NCBI GenBank assembly: GCA_963719495.1
Contig: CAVRCI010000002.1
Coordinates: 384,001 to 448,000, forward strand
Length of the DNA stretch: 64,000 nt
Direction of reading: 5' to 3'
Source of the DNA: an uncultured Verrucomicrobiae bacterium
GTDB taxonomy: Bacteria; Verrucomicrobiota; Verrucomicrobiia; Chthoniobacterales; JAATET01
Shown: piece after piece, positions 1 to 8,488 of the stretch
Numbering within the stretch: the first letter of the stretch is position 1
Layout of the letters: every line of letters begins with the position of its first letter
The notes under the pieces: model-generated
The model's database searches: none
What the model was told of the DNA's origin: nothing
The model's input: the letters and a program-made list of their open reading frames with translations, nothing else
Position numbers and translations under genes: made by a program

Positions 1-39
1 GAGGGCGGGGTGGCCGTATTGGACGATGGGCAGGATCAT
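1..39 (-). CDS. def: Peptide deformylase, N-terminal fragment (runs off the window)
   Basis: Reverse strand reads MILPIVQYGHPAL, the typical PDF N-terminus; lies downstream of exbD on the same strand. Only 13 codons visible. Confidence 0.7.
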   Translation of the reverse strand, partial: MILPIVQYGHPAL

Positions 40-82
40 GGCTCGTTTAAATTAGAAATTTGAAATGGTGAATTTGAAATGG

Positions 83-514
83 CTAGGGCTTCGCCGGGGT
101 TGGGGGGAGGGGGTTGGTGAAGGCGGGGAGGTTCTTGATGCCGGCTTCTTTGAGGGCGTCGAGGACTTGGACGATGACGCCGAAGGGGGCCTCGGTGTCG
201 GCTTGCATGGCGACTGGGCGGTCGGGGGTGGCTTCGCGGGCGGCTTTGAGGGCTTCGCCCAGGGCTTCGAGGGTGACGGGTTCGTCGTCGAGGGTGAGTT
301 CTTCGGCGGATTTGACGCGGAGGACGAGGGGTTCGGTTTTTGCCTCGGCGGCGGGGGCGGCGGTTTTCGAGTCGGGGAGTTTGATCTCGAGCTGCGGCTG
401 CGTTTTTTTGAACGTCGTGGTGACGATGAAAAAGATGAGGAGAATCGCGAGGATGTCGATGAGCGAGACGATGATGACCGCCGGGCTGCGCCGCTTGCGG
501 GTGTAGAATCTCAT
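83..514 (-). CDS. exbD: Biopolymer transporter ExbD/TolR family
   Basis: IVSLIDILAILLIFFIVTTTF TM segment with conserved Asp; ADTEAPFGVIVQVLDALKEAG C-terminal motif; start MRFYTRKRR overlaps exbB stop. Confidence 0.9.
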   Translation of the reverse strand: MRFYTRKRRSPAVIIVSLIDILAILLIFFIVTTTFKKTQPQLEIKLPDSKTAAPAAEAKTEPLVLRVKSAEELTLDDEPVTLEALGEALKAAREATPDRPVAMQADTEAPFGVIVQVLDALKEAGIKNLPAFTNPLPPTPAKP

Positions 515-1185
515 ACGTCGTCGGGCGAGAAGTCCTCGTGAATGGAGGGTTGCTCGCCGGGATTCGGATAGCACTTGACGAGGAGCTCGGCGACGACGGA
601 TTCCATCTCGACGGACATGACCTCGATTTTGCGCATGAAGTAGTTGTAGGCGATGAGGCTGGGGGCGGAGACGGCGAGCCCGACGATGGTGGTGTTGAGC
701 GCTTCGGAGATGCCGCGGGCGATGACGATCGGGTCGCCGTCGCCAACGTTGGCGAAGATTCCGACCAGGCCGGAGAGGGTGCCGAGGAGGCCGAAGATGG
801 GGGCGACGCCGGTGGTGATCTCGAGGATGACGAGCCCGCTCTCGAGGCGGGCGGTCTCGTGGCGGGCCTGGGTCGAGGTGGCTTCGGCGTTTTCGCTTTT
901 CTGCCAGGAGAGGTGGCGGAGGAGGGTGAGGAGGATTCGGGAGAGGGGGGACCGGTGTTTCGTCATGAGCCGACTTAGGTCGGTGAGCTCGTCGCCGGGC
1001 TGGAGGCGTTCCACCTCGATCTCGAGGACGCGGGGCATGACGACGTGCTCGCGCAGGGCCATGGTGCGCTGGACGATCACGGTGAGCGCCACGATGGAGA
1101 GGATGAGCAGGAACACCATGAAGATGCCGCCCTGAAGAAAAAAGCCGCCGATGCTGGTCAATGCGGATGCGAGGAAGAAGGCCAT
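511..1185 (-). CDS. exbB: MotA/TolQ/ExbB proton channel family protein
   Basis: APIFGLLGTLSGL and GISEALNTTIVGLAVSAPSLIAYNYF family motifs; paired with exbD. Confidence 0.9.
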   Translation of the reverse strand: MAFFLASALTSIGGFFLQGGIFMVFLLILSIVALTVIVQRTMALREHVVMPRVLEIEVERLQPGDELTDLSRLMTKHRSPLSRILLTLLRHLSWQKSENAEATSTQARHETARLESGLVILEITTGVAPIFGLLGTLSGLVGIFANVGDGDPIVIARGISEALNTTIVGLAVSAPSLIAYNYFMRKIEVMSVEMESVVAELLVKCYPNPGEQPSIHEDFSPDDV

Positions 1186-1194
1186 GTGGGGCGG

Positions 1195-1223
1195 AAGGTA
1201 GCGGGTGATCCGACGTTTGTGAA
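1195..1223 (-). promoter_or_regulatory. Putative sigma70 promoter of exbB (near-leaderless)
   Basis: Minus strand TTCACA-N17-TACCTT, 9 nt before the ATG, no Shine-Dalgarno. Confidence 0.4.
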
Positions 1224-1274
1224 CAGCGGAGCGGGGGAATGCTCTCGTTTGAGCTCCGCGATCAATCGGGGTTT

Positions 1275-1356
1275 TTGGACAGGATTGACGGGATTCTCAG
1301 GGCTATTCAGTTCGGAATACCCGGAGGCGGAGCCGTTGATTCTCTCGTTTCAATCC
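1275..1356. repeat. Truncated copy of the ~105-bp 9-mer-periodic hairpin element at 1811-1916
   Basis: TTGGACAGGATTGACGGGATTCTCAGG...AGCCGTTGATTCTCTCGTTTCAATCC aligns with 1811-1891. Confidence 0.75.
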
Positions 1357-1591
1357 TCTGAAGCCAGCCGAGTTCGGCGACGGATTGCCAGAGGCGGGCG
1401 TCGGTGGGGACCTCGGGGATGATGTTGAAGAAGTTCGCCATGCCGTCGCGGGCGGCGGGGGACTTGATTCCTCGGAGGACTTCGGCTCGGATGATTCCGC
1501 TATTGTGGAGGACTGCTTCGCGGAGGGGCTGCGCGAGGAGTTGGCGGACGTCGATGCCTCGGCGGAGATTGTGGCTGGAGCTGCGGGAGCG
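1357..1591 (-). pseudogene. PIN-domain (VapC-like) ribonuclease fragment
   Basis: Open frame with no start codon at its 5' end, reading LRRGIDVRQLLAQPLREAVLHNSGIIRAEVLRGIKSPAARDGMANFFNIIPEVPTDARLWQSVAELGW, i.e. the central PIN region (..IIRAEVLRG..). N-terminal DSS motif and C-terminal D motifs absent. Confidence 0.6.
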
Positions 1592-1846
1592 TCAGTAGGT
1601 GAAAAGGTCCGCTTTAGTGAAGGTCTTGCCGGTTGCTTGGTTGAGCGCGGTGAGGACTAGTTTTTGACTGTGGGGGGTCAGGCGGCGGCCTTTGGTGGCT
1701 CTTGTGATGAGCTTGTGGGTGAGGTGCGTCGGGTTGGTGGCCACCAAGTCGTGCGGCTTGAGGCTGTGGTCGGCGAGGAGCTGGGCGAGGGGTTGTTCGC
1801 CCAAGTCTCTTTGGACAGGATCGACGGGATTTTCAGGATTATTCAT
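1592..1846 (-). CDS. Small conserved hypothetical protein (possible HTH-like DNA binder)
   Basis: 84 aa, RDLGEQPLAQLLADHSLKPHDLV..LTHKLITRATKGRRLT..DLFTY; C-ending codon usage like neighbouring minus-strand genes; N-terminus (NNPENPVDPV) is repeat-derived. Confidence 0.7.
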   Translation of the reverse strand: MNNPENPVDPVQRDLGEQPLAQLLADHSLKPHDLVATNPTHLTHKLITRATKGRRLTPHSQKLVLTALNQATGKTFTKADLFTY

Positions 1847-1916
1847 TGCCGGGTCTCGGCGGCCAAGCCGCCGATCATTTCATTCCAATCCGGTATATCC
1901 TGTTAATCCTGTCCAA
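1811..1916. repeat. ~105-bp inverted-repeat element with 9-nt periodic arms
   Basis: TTGGACAGGATCGACGGGATTTTCAGGAT ... ATCCTGTTAATCCTGTCCAA; terminal 11 bp perfectly inverted. Confidence 0.75.
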
Positions 1917-1920
1917 GACC

Positions 1921-4410
1921 TCACGCTGCCTTGGCTGGCGCCTTTTTCTTGGCGGCGGGGGCTTTCTTTTTTCGTTCTTCGAATTCGAAGCCGACTTTGC
2001 CTTCTTCCAGTTTGAGAAACGCGCTAAAGGGGCGGCCCTTCTTACTGATGAATCTTGGGAGGAGATCGGTCTTGCCGGTCTCGATGAGTTTTTTGGCCTG
2101 ATCGACGAGGATTTCGCGCTGGAGGATCGTTTTGCCCATGCGGAAGGTGCACTTTTTTTCCGGCGTGTTCGTGCACATGTAGGCGTTGGGGGTGTCGTGG
2201 ACGGTGCCCGCTTTGCAGACGGGGCAGGGGCCAAGGACGGGGGCCGTGCTGAAGTCGACTTGCTCGATCTTGTCGTCGCCGAAGTCGAAGGTCTGCTTTT
2301 TGTCGTCGTCGAGTTTGACGACGGCTGCGAAGGGGCGGCCCATTTTGCTGCGGAAGTTCTCGAGCGGGCCGACCTGGCCTTTTTCGAGGAGAGTGACGAT
2401 TTCTTCGCGCTCGAGTTCGCGGCCGGCCATCGTTTTCCAGATGAGTTGGCCGCATTCGTCGGCTTTGCACTCGTAGGCTTTGAACGACTCTTTGAAGCCG
2501 GGGGATTCGCCGCACTTAGGGCACTTGGCTTCGAGGTCGTGGAAATTGCCGACGACGTCGCCGGCTTCGCCGCTGTAGTCCTTGGCTTTGCCGACGATTT
2601 CTTCGGTGAAGCGGCGGATTTCGGCCATGAAGGACGCGCGATCCATCTTGCCGGTCTCCATTTCCTTGAGCTTGTGCTCCCAGTCGCCGGTCATTTCGGG
2701 CGAGGTGAGGCTTTCGACTCCGATGCCTTTGAGCAGCGTGATGAGGCTGAGACCCTTGGCGGTCGTGATGATGTCGCGGCCCTGGCGGATGAGGTAGCCG
2801 TCGTAGATGAGGCCTTCGATGATCTGGGCGCGGGTGGCCGGGGTGCCGAGGCCGCGTTGGGACATGGCGGCGCGGAGTTCCTCGTCGTCGACGAGCTTGC
2901 CGGCTCCTTCCATCGCGGAGAGAAGGGTGGCTTCGTTGTAGCGGGCGGGGGGGCGGGTTTCGTTGCGTTTGACCTCGATGGCCTCGGTCTTGGCCTTCTC
3001 GTCTTTCGCGATGGCGACGACGGTCTCGTCGTCGGAGCCGGCGGCGGCTTTGCCGTAAACCGCGAGCCAACCCGGGTCGGTGATGATCTTGCCGTCGGTG
3101 CGGAAGGCCTCTTTTTCGACTCGGGTGACGCGGGTCGTGATTTCGAATTTTGCCGAGGGGTAGAAAACGGCGATGAAGCGGCGGGCGACCATGTCGAAGA
3201 CCTTGAGCTCCATGTCGTCGAGGGTCTTGGGGGCCGCGCCGGTCGGGATGATGGCGTGGTGATCGGAAACTTTTGTCGTGTTGAACACGCGCTTGTTGCC
3301 GCCGGTGACCCAGCCTTCTTTCAGGGCTTTTTTCGCGTGGGCGGAGAGGTCCTGATTCTGGAACTTGCCGAAGTTCTCCTTCACGTTCGCGACGTAGTCG
3401 TCGGGGAGGTAGCGGGAATCGGTTCGCGGGTAGGTGAGGACTTTGTGGCGCTCGTAGAGGGCCTGGGCGATCTGGAGGGTGCGCTTGGCGGGGAGTCCGA
3501 AGCGACCGTTGGCTTCGCGCTGGAGCGTAGTGAGGTCGTAGAGGAGGGGCGGGGCCTGGGTGGTGGGCTTCTTTTCCTCGGTGATCTCGCCGGGTTGGCC
3601 TTCGCACTTGGCTTTGAGGGCGTTGGCCTCGTCTTCGGTCCAGATGCGCTCGGCTTTGAGCTGGTCGTCGGTTTCGCTCTTCTTGAATTTTTCGTTGAAC
3701 CAGCGCCCGCGGTATTGACCGGCGGAGACGCCGAAGTCGCCGAAGACTTCGAAGTAGGGTTTGGGGACGAAGGCGCGGATCTTTTCTTCGCGCTCGGCGA
3801 GGATGGCGAGGGTGGGGGTTTGGACACGACCGACGGGGGTGAGTTGGAAGCCGCCGCCTTTGCTGTTGAAGGCGGTCATGGCGCGGGTGCCGTTGATGCC
3901 GACGAGCCAATCGGACTCGGAGCGGCAGACGGCGGCGTCGGCGAGGGGGGTCATTTCGACGCCATCGCGGAGATTTTCGAAGCCTTTGCGGATGGCTTCG
4001 GAGGTCATGGACTGGAGCCAGAGGCGGGAGGTGGACTTCTTGGAGCCGGTGAGCTCCATGATGTAGTGGAAGATGAGTTCGCCCTCGCGGCCGGCGTCGC
4101 AGGCGTTGATGACGTCGTCGATGTCCTTGCGGTTGAGGAGCTTCTTGAGGAGTTTGTAGCGGGTCTCGTTTTTCTCGATGGGCTTGAGGTCGAAGTGCTC
4201 GGGGATGATGGGGAGGTTGGCGAAGGACCACTTGCCGCGCTTTTTGTCCATCTCGCCGGGGAGGCACAGTTCGACGAGGTGACCGACCGCGGAGGTGACG
4301 ACGTAATCGTCGTTCTCGTAGAAGTCTTTCTGCTTGGTGAATTTCCCGAGGGCGCGGCTGAGGTCACCGGCGACGCTGGGTTTCTCTGCGATGACTAAGG
4401 TTTTTCCCAT
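1921..4410 (-). CDS. topB: DNA topoisomerase III (type IA)
   Basis: LVIAEKPSVA TOPRIM start, CDAGREGE, GRVQTPTL, catalytic LTYPRTDS, GLGTPATR, C-terminal FxSKxGRPF repeats and Lys/Ala-rich tail. Confidence 0.92.
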   Translation of the reverse strand: MGKTLVIAEKPSVAGDLSRALGKFTKQKDFYENDDYVVTSAVGHLVELCLPGEMDKKRGKWSFANLPIIPEHFDLKPIEKNETRYKLLKKLLNRKDIDDVINACDAGREGELIFHYIMELTGSKKSTSRLWLQSMTSEAIRKGFENLRDGVEMTPLADAAVCRSESDWLVGINGTRAMTAFNSKGGGFQLTPVGRVQTPTLAILAEREEKIRAFVPKPYFEVFGDFGVSAGQYRGRWFNEKFKKSETDDQLKAERIWTEDEANALKAKCEGQPGEITEEKKPTTQAPPLLYDLTTLQREANGRFGLPAKRTLQIAQALYERHKVLTYPRTDSRYLPDDYVANVKENFGKFQNQDLSAHAKKALKEGWVTGGNKRVFNTTKVSDHHAIIPTGAAPKTLDDMELKVFDMVARRFIAVFYPSAKFEITTRVTRVEKEAFRTDGKIITDPGWLAVYGKAAAGSDDETVVAIAKDEKAKTEAIEVKRNETRPPARYNEATLLSAMEGAGKLVDDEELRAAMSQRGLGTPATRAQIIEGLIYDGYLIRQGRDIITTAKGLSLITLLKGIGVESLTSPEMTGDWEHKLKEMETGKMDRASFMAEIRRFTEEIVGKAKDYSGEAGDVVGNFHDLEAKCPKCGESPGFKESFKAYECKADECGQLIWKTMAGRELEREEIVTLLEKGQVGPLENFRSKMGRPFAAVVKLDDDKKQTFDFGDDKIEQVDFSTAPVLGPCPVCKAGTVHDTPNAYMCTNTPEKKCTFRMGKTILQREILVDQAKKLIETGKTDLLPRFISKKGRPFSAFLKLEEGKVGFEFEERKKKAPAAKKKAPAKAA

Positions 4411-4421
4411 GATTTTTTGGT

Positions 4422-4449
4422 CCGCAGATTGAGCAGATTAACGCAGATT
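4422..4449. repeat. Solo 9-nt periodic repeat (CCGCAGATTGAGCAGATTAACGCAGATT)
   Basis: Three GCAGAT units at 9-nt spacing between dprA and topB; same geometry as the GxxExxY flanks. Confidence 0.6.
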
Positions 4450-4454
4450 TTGAT

Positions 4455-5552
4455 TTAGTTGATTCGGACGAATCGGCTGCCGGGAAGCTGTTTGACGAGC
4501 CGCCTCATTTCAAGGGCGAGCAAGCTAGAAGACACTTTGGGCATTGGCAACCCGCTTCTCGAAGCGATGAGGTCGATGTGGGTCTCGTCGTCGCCGATGG
4601 CGGTGTGAACCGCCAAGTGGTCGGGCGAGAGCTGGGCGGGGGGCGCGACCGACGCGTGGAGGTCGGGGGTTTCCCGGAAGAGGAGGCCGAAGTCGTCGAG
4701 GATGTCCTGGGCGCAGGTGACGAGCTTGGCTCCGGATTGGATGAGCTTGTTGGAGCCGAAGCAGGCGGGTTCGGTGATGCGGCCGGGGATGGCGTAGATG
4801 GAGCGGCCCTGCTCGGCGGCCTGGGTGGCGGTGATGAGGGAGCCGCTGCGCTGGCCGGCTTCGACGACGAGGAGGCCGAAGCTGAGGCCCGCGACGATGC
4901 GGTTGCGCATGGGGAAAGTCTGTTTGTCGGCGGTGGTGGTCATCGGGAACTCGCTGATGACGGCTCCGTGGCCGGCGGCGATGCGCTCGGCGAGCGGGGC
5001 GTGCTCGGCGGGATAGAGCTTGGCGAGGCCGGAGCCGATGACGGCGAGGGTGCGGCCTTTCGCGGCGAGGGCGCCCTGGTGGGCGGTGGCGTCGACGCCG
5101 CGGGCGAGGCCGGAAACGACGGTGAGGCCGGCGTAGGCGAGCTGGTAGGCGAGCTTTTTGGCGCACTCGGTGGCGTAGTGGCCGGGCTTGCGGGCGCCGA
5201 CGATGCCGATGGCGTGGTTGTCGGCGGGGGTGATCTCGCCCCAGACGTAGAGGACGGTGGGGGCGTCGTGGATCTCGCGGAGGGCGGCGGGGTAGGCGGC
5301 ATCGGCTTGGGTGAGGACGTGGCAGCCGAAGTCGGCGATGCGGCGAAGTTCGGCTTCGAAATCGGTGAGGCGCTCCCAATTCGTGATGTTGCCGGCGATT
5401 TCGGGGCCGATTCCGGGGATGGCGCGGAGGTCGGCGGGGCGGGCGGTGAGGATGGCGGCGGGGCCGCCGAAGTGCTCGGTGAGGCGCTTGACGCGGACGG
5501 GGCCGAGTTTGGGGATGAGGTTGAGGGCGATGGCGGCTTCGCGGGGGTTCAA
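4455..5552 (-). CDS. dprA: DNA-processing protein DprA
   Basis: VVSGLARGVDATAHQGAL, FPMRNRIVAGLS, VVEAGQRSGSLITA, C-terminal winged helix; probable TTG start at LNPREAA. Confidence 0.93.
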   Translation of the reverse strand: MNPREAAIALNLIPKLGPVRVKRLTEHFGGPAAILTARPADLRAIPGIGPEIAGNITNWERLTDFEAELRRIADFGCHVLTQADAAYPAALREIHDAPTVLYVWGEITPADNHAIGIVGARKPGHYATECAKKLAYQLAYAGLTVVSGLARGVDATAHQGALAAKGRTLAVIGSGLAKLYPAEHAPLAERIAAGHGAVISEFPMTTTADKQTFPMRNRIVAGLSFGLLVVEAGQRSGSLITATQAAEQGRSIYAIPGRITEPACFGSNKLIQSGAKLVTCAQDILDDFGLLFRETPDLHASVAPPAQLSPDHLAVHTAIGDDETHIDLIASRSGLPMPKVSSSLLALEMRRLVKQLPGSRFVRIN

Positions 5553-5624
5553 ATTACGTGATTGGTGAGGGGTGAATGGAGAATGGTGGGGTCGCGGCGC
5601 GGCGCGGCTTTGTTTTTCGAAAGA

Positions 5625-5652
5625 TTGATTTGGTGGCGAATACGGGTAATCT
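5625..5652 (+). promoter_or_regulatory. Putative promoter for a leaderless Uma2 transcript
   Basis: TTGATT-N16-TAATCT, 6 nt upstream of ATG 5659. Confidence 0.45.
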
Positions 5653-5658
5653 GTCCGC

Positions 5659-6129
5659 ATGAATTGGCAACAGGTTTGCGAGGATCCTTCGCTGCGGAAC
5701 CTGCCTTATAAGATTGAGACGAACTGGTATGGCCAGATTGTGATGGCTCCGGCGTCGAATCTGCGTGGGCACGTTCGCAGCCGAATCTTGGCTCTGCTTT
5801 CTCAGCAATCTTTGGGAGGAGAACTTCTTTGCGGGTGCTCGATTCAGACGGATTTGGGCGTAAGGGTTGCCGACGTGGCTTGGATGTCGCGGGAGTTTTT
5901 TAGCGAATGGGAGTTCACGACTCCTTACCCGATCGCTCCTGAAATTTGTGCTGATTTTCACTCTCCCTCGAGTTCGGAGGGCGAGTTGAACGAACGAAGG
6001 CGGCTTTATTTCGAGCAAGGCGCTCGGGAAGTTTGGATCTGCGACTCGCTTGGGAAGATGGACTTTTTCGGTCTGGACGGGTTGATGAAAGGCTCAGGGA
6101 TCGCTCCGGATTTTCCCGGGAACGTTTAG
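5659..6129 (+). CDS. Uma2 family (PD-(D/E)XK) endonuclease
   Basis: GQIVMAPA, GVRVADVAW, APEICADFHSPS, YFEQGAREVWIC motifs. Confidence 0.85.
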   Translation: MNWQQVCEDPSLRNLPYKIETNWYGQIVMAPASNLRGHVRSRILALLSQQSLGGELLCGCSIQTDLGVRVADVAWMSREFFSEWEFTTPYPIAPEICADFHSPSSSEGELNERRRLYFEQGAREVWICDSLGKMDFFGLDGLMKGSGIAPDFPGNV

Positions 6130-6135
6130 TCGCCA

Positions 6136-7143
6136 ATGCTTCCTTGTCGACTGGCTTCGTTTTTTCTGCTGACCGCATCCTTCGGCGCTTACGCGGCTGG
6201 GACGTTGACGGTGGATCTGCCGATTCGGGGGCCGCTGGTTTATCCGGAGGGGTTGATGGCGGCTCCGCGGCAGGTGGCTTCGCCGGATGGGCGGGGCTAC
6301 GCCGAGTTTCTGCTGATGCCGGGGGCGAAGGGGGAGGAACTTTTCATCACGGTGATCTTCGCGGAGGACGGGTCGGAGGGGCCGGCGATGTTCTGGATCG
6401 GTGACGTTTCGGGCGAGCAGGTGACGTTGTCAACTGGATTGGCGGAGGGCGTTTCCGGGTTGAATCGACGGACGGTGCGTTTGCCGGCGGAGGTCTTGAG
6501 GGAGGCGGGGCGGGTCTATTTGTCGGGGGATCAGCGGAAGATTCTGCGGGTGCGGCTGGACTGGGTGGCTCCGACGGGGGTCTTCGTGGCGAGCGACGTT
6601 CAGAGGCCGGATCTCATCGCGGGTGGGCAAATGCTCTTTAATCAGGAGATGACGGGAAGCGAGGTGTTGGCGGCTCCGGATGCGTGGTTTGGCGACGTGC
6701 TGGACGCTTCGTTGCTGGACGGGGTGGCGGCTTTGGACGGGAACGTCGAGTTCGTTGTGCCTCTCAGCGCGCCGGGCGAGCAGGCGTTGCTTCGGGCGAA
6801 ATTTCTGGGGATTGCGCCGGGGGGCTCGGTGAAGGTGTGGGTGAATGGGAAGGTGGCGGGTCGGTTGCAGCCGTTGGTGCCGGCGCTGACGGATCCGGGT
6901 TACGTGCGGCTGAGATCGGGCCGGATGGCATTCGCGGGGTGGCGCGAGGGGTCGATTGTCCTGGATGATGGGTTGTTGAAGGAGGGGGAAAATTCCATCG
7001 TGCTCGAGACGGCGAAGAAGCGTTCGTTCGTTCGGGACGCGGCGCTGCAGTTGCGGGTCGCTCCGGCGACGCCCGAACCGGAGATCGAGCCACCCGAACA
7101 GCCGACGGTAGAGATTTCTTCCGAATCGGTCGAAATGCGCTAG
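6136..7143 (+). CDS. Exported hypothetical protein heading the T2SS cluster
   Basis: 335 aa with Sec signal peptide (FFLLTASFGAYAA); beta-rich; VWVNG and LKEGENSIVL jelly-roll-like segments. Confidence 0.7.
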   Translation: MLPCRLASFFLLTASFGAYAAGTLTVDLPIRGPLVYPEGLMAAPRQVASPDGRGYAEFLLMPGAKGEELFITVIFAEDGSEGPAMFWIGDVSGEQVTLSTGLAEGVSGLNRRTVRLPAEVLREAGRVYLSGDQRKILRVRLDWVAPTGVFVASDVQRPDLIAGGQMLFNQEMTGSEVLAAPDAWFGDVLDASLLDGVAALDGNVEFVVPLSAPGEQALLRAKFLGIAPGGSVKVWVNGKVAGRLQPLVPALTDPGYVRLRSGRMAFAGWREGSIVLDDGLLKEGENSIVLETAKKRSFVRDAALQLRVAPATPEPEIEPPEQPTVEISSESVEMR

Positions 7144-7178
7144 GTTGCCCTCGAATCATTCCATCCATCCCCATTGTC

Positions 7179-7607
7179 ATGAAAATCTCCTCTCCCCGCC
7201 GGAATCGAGCCGGCTACACGCTCTTCGAAATCATGCTCGTGCTGGGCATCATCACCGTGATCCTCGGGTCGGCGATCTACATGATGAGCGGAAATCTCGA
7301 CGCGGCGAAGCTGCAGCGGACGGACGGGGATTTTCAGACGATCGAGTCGTCGCTGAGGCTTTACGAGATGAGCAATCGGGCGTTTCCGACGACGGCGCAG
7401 GGATTGGAAGCCTTGGTGACGAAACCTACGTCCGAGCCGATGCCTCGGCGGTGGAGCAACATCATGACGGCGGTTCCGAAGGATCCGTGGCAGAACGATT
7501 ACGGCTACGTGTATCCCGGGAAGCGGAATCCCGCGTCGTTCGACATCTATTCGTTTGGGCCGGACAAGGTCGAGGGCACCGACGATGACGTTTATCCAGA
7601 CCGATAA
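7179..7607 (+). CDS. gspG: Type II secretion major pseudopilin GspG
   Basis: G|YTLFEIMLVLGII prepilin site; FPTTAQGLEALV, PKDPWQNDY, DIYSFGPD..GTDDD motifs. Confidence 0.93.
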   Translation: MKISSPRRNRAGYTLFEIMLVLGIITVILGSAIYMMSGNLDAAKLQRTDGDFQTIESSLRLYEMSNRAFPTTAQGLEALVTKPTSEPMPRRWSNIMTAVPKDPWQNDYGYVYPGKRNPASFDIYSFGPDKVEGTDDDVYPDR

Positions 7608-8082
7608 GCCGGGTGCGGTGTGCCCGCTTCGCGCCGGCTTCACGATGCTCGAGATCGTGATCGCGCTGATGATCATTTCCGTCGTCTTCCTGGGGGTCGC
7701 ACCGATGGTGACGGCGTCTCTTCAGGAGCGGAGGATGCGGGGTGAGATGGAGGCGATCGCCGATGTCGTGCGGGAGCAACGGGTGGCGGCGGAGGCTGAC
7801 GGCGAGGAGCGCCGGATGATTCTGACGCTGGACGGCTGGGAGCAGATCGACCGGGAATCGGGGGAAGGGGTGATGCTGCTGGCGGCTCCGAGCGAGGGGC
7901 GTTTGACGGTGCGGCTGCCGGGCCAGAAGAAGTGGGAGAAAATGGACGGGCAGATCTGGCGGTTCTTTGCGGCGGGGATGGTGACTCCGTTTTCGGTGCG
8001 GTTGGCGGAGGGGGATTCGTGGGTGGAGTCGGATTTCGATTTTCTGACGGGGCGGGTGGCGGATGAGCGGTATTCGTTCTGA
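7585..8082 (+). CDS. gspH: Minor pseudopilin, GspH-like
   Basis: G|FTMLEIVIALMII N-methylation motif; position after gspG. Confidence 0.7.
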   Translation: MTFIQTDKPGAVCPLRAGFTMLEIVIALMIISVVFLGVAPMVTASLQERRMRGEMEAIADVVREQRVAAEADGEERRMILTLDGWEQIDRESGEGVMLLAAPSEGRLTVRLPGQKKWEKMDGQIWRFFAAGMVTPFSVRLAEGDSWVESDFDFLTGRVADERYSF

Positions 8083-8488
8083 ACTAGCGACGGGAATGCG
8101 GAGCGGGCGGCTGGATCGAAGGCGGGCCTCGGCGTTCACGCTGTTGGAGGTGCTCATTGCGGTGGGTGTCTTCGCGATGGCGGGGCTGGGCCTTCTCATT
8201 GCGCTGGAGGCCACGGTACGAGGTGCGGGTGCGGTGCAGCGGGAGAATGAAATCCGGGCGCAGATCGAGAGTCGGCTGGCCCGGTTGTCGGTCGGACCGC
8301 TGCAGGAAAATGCGACCGAGAGTGAGCTGGATGGAACGCTTTATCGGGAGGCGGTCGAGCGGGAGGAGGTGACGGATGCGGCGTTGACGCGATTGGAGGG
8401 GTTTTGGAAGGTGGGGGTGACGGCGACTTGGCGGGAGGCGGGGGTGGAGCAGAGCTGGGCGGTGTCGCATTTGGTTTATCAGCCGTGA
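8063..8488 (+). CDS. gspI: Minor pseudopilin, GspI-like
   Basis: A|FTLLEVLIAVGVFA motif, about 125 aa mature; start could be 8096. Confidence 0.7.
   Translation: MSGIRSELATGMRSGRLDRRRASAFTLLEVLIAVGVFAMAGLGLLIALEATVRGAGAVQRENEIRAQIESRLARLSVGPLQENATESELDGTLYREAVEREEVTDAALTRLEGFWKVGVTATWREAGVEQSWAVSHLVYQP

Noticed and set aside
1846..4398. 850-aa plus-strand ORF
   Set aside because: Antisense shadow of topB; expected in high-GC DNA, no recognisable motifs.
7060..7143. PEP-CTERM motif in TPEPEIEPPE
   Set aside because: No following transmembrane helix or basic tail.
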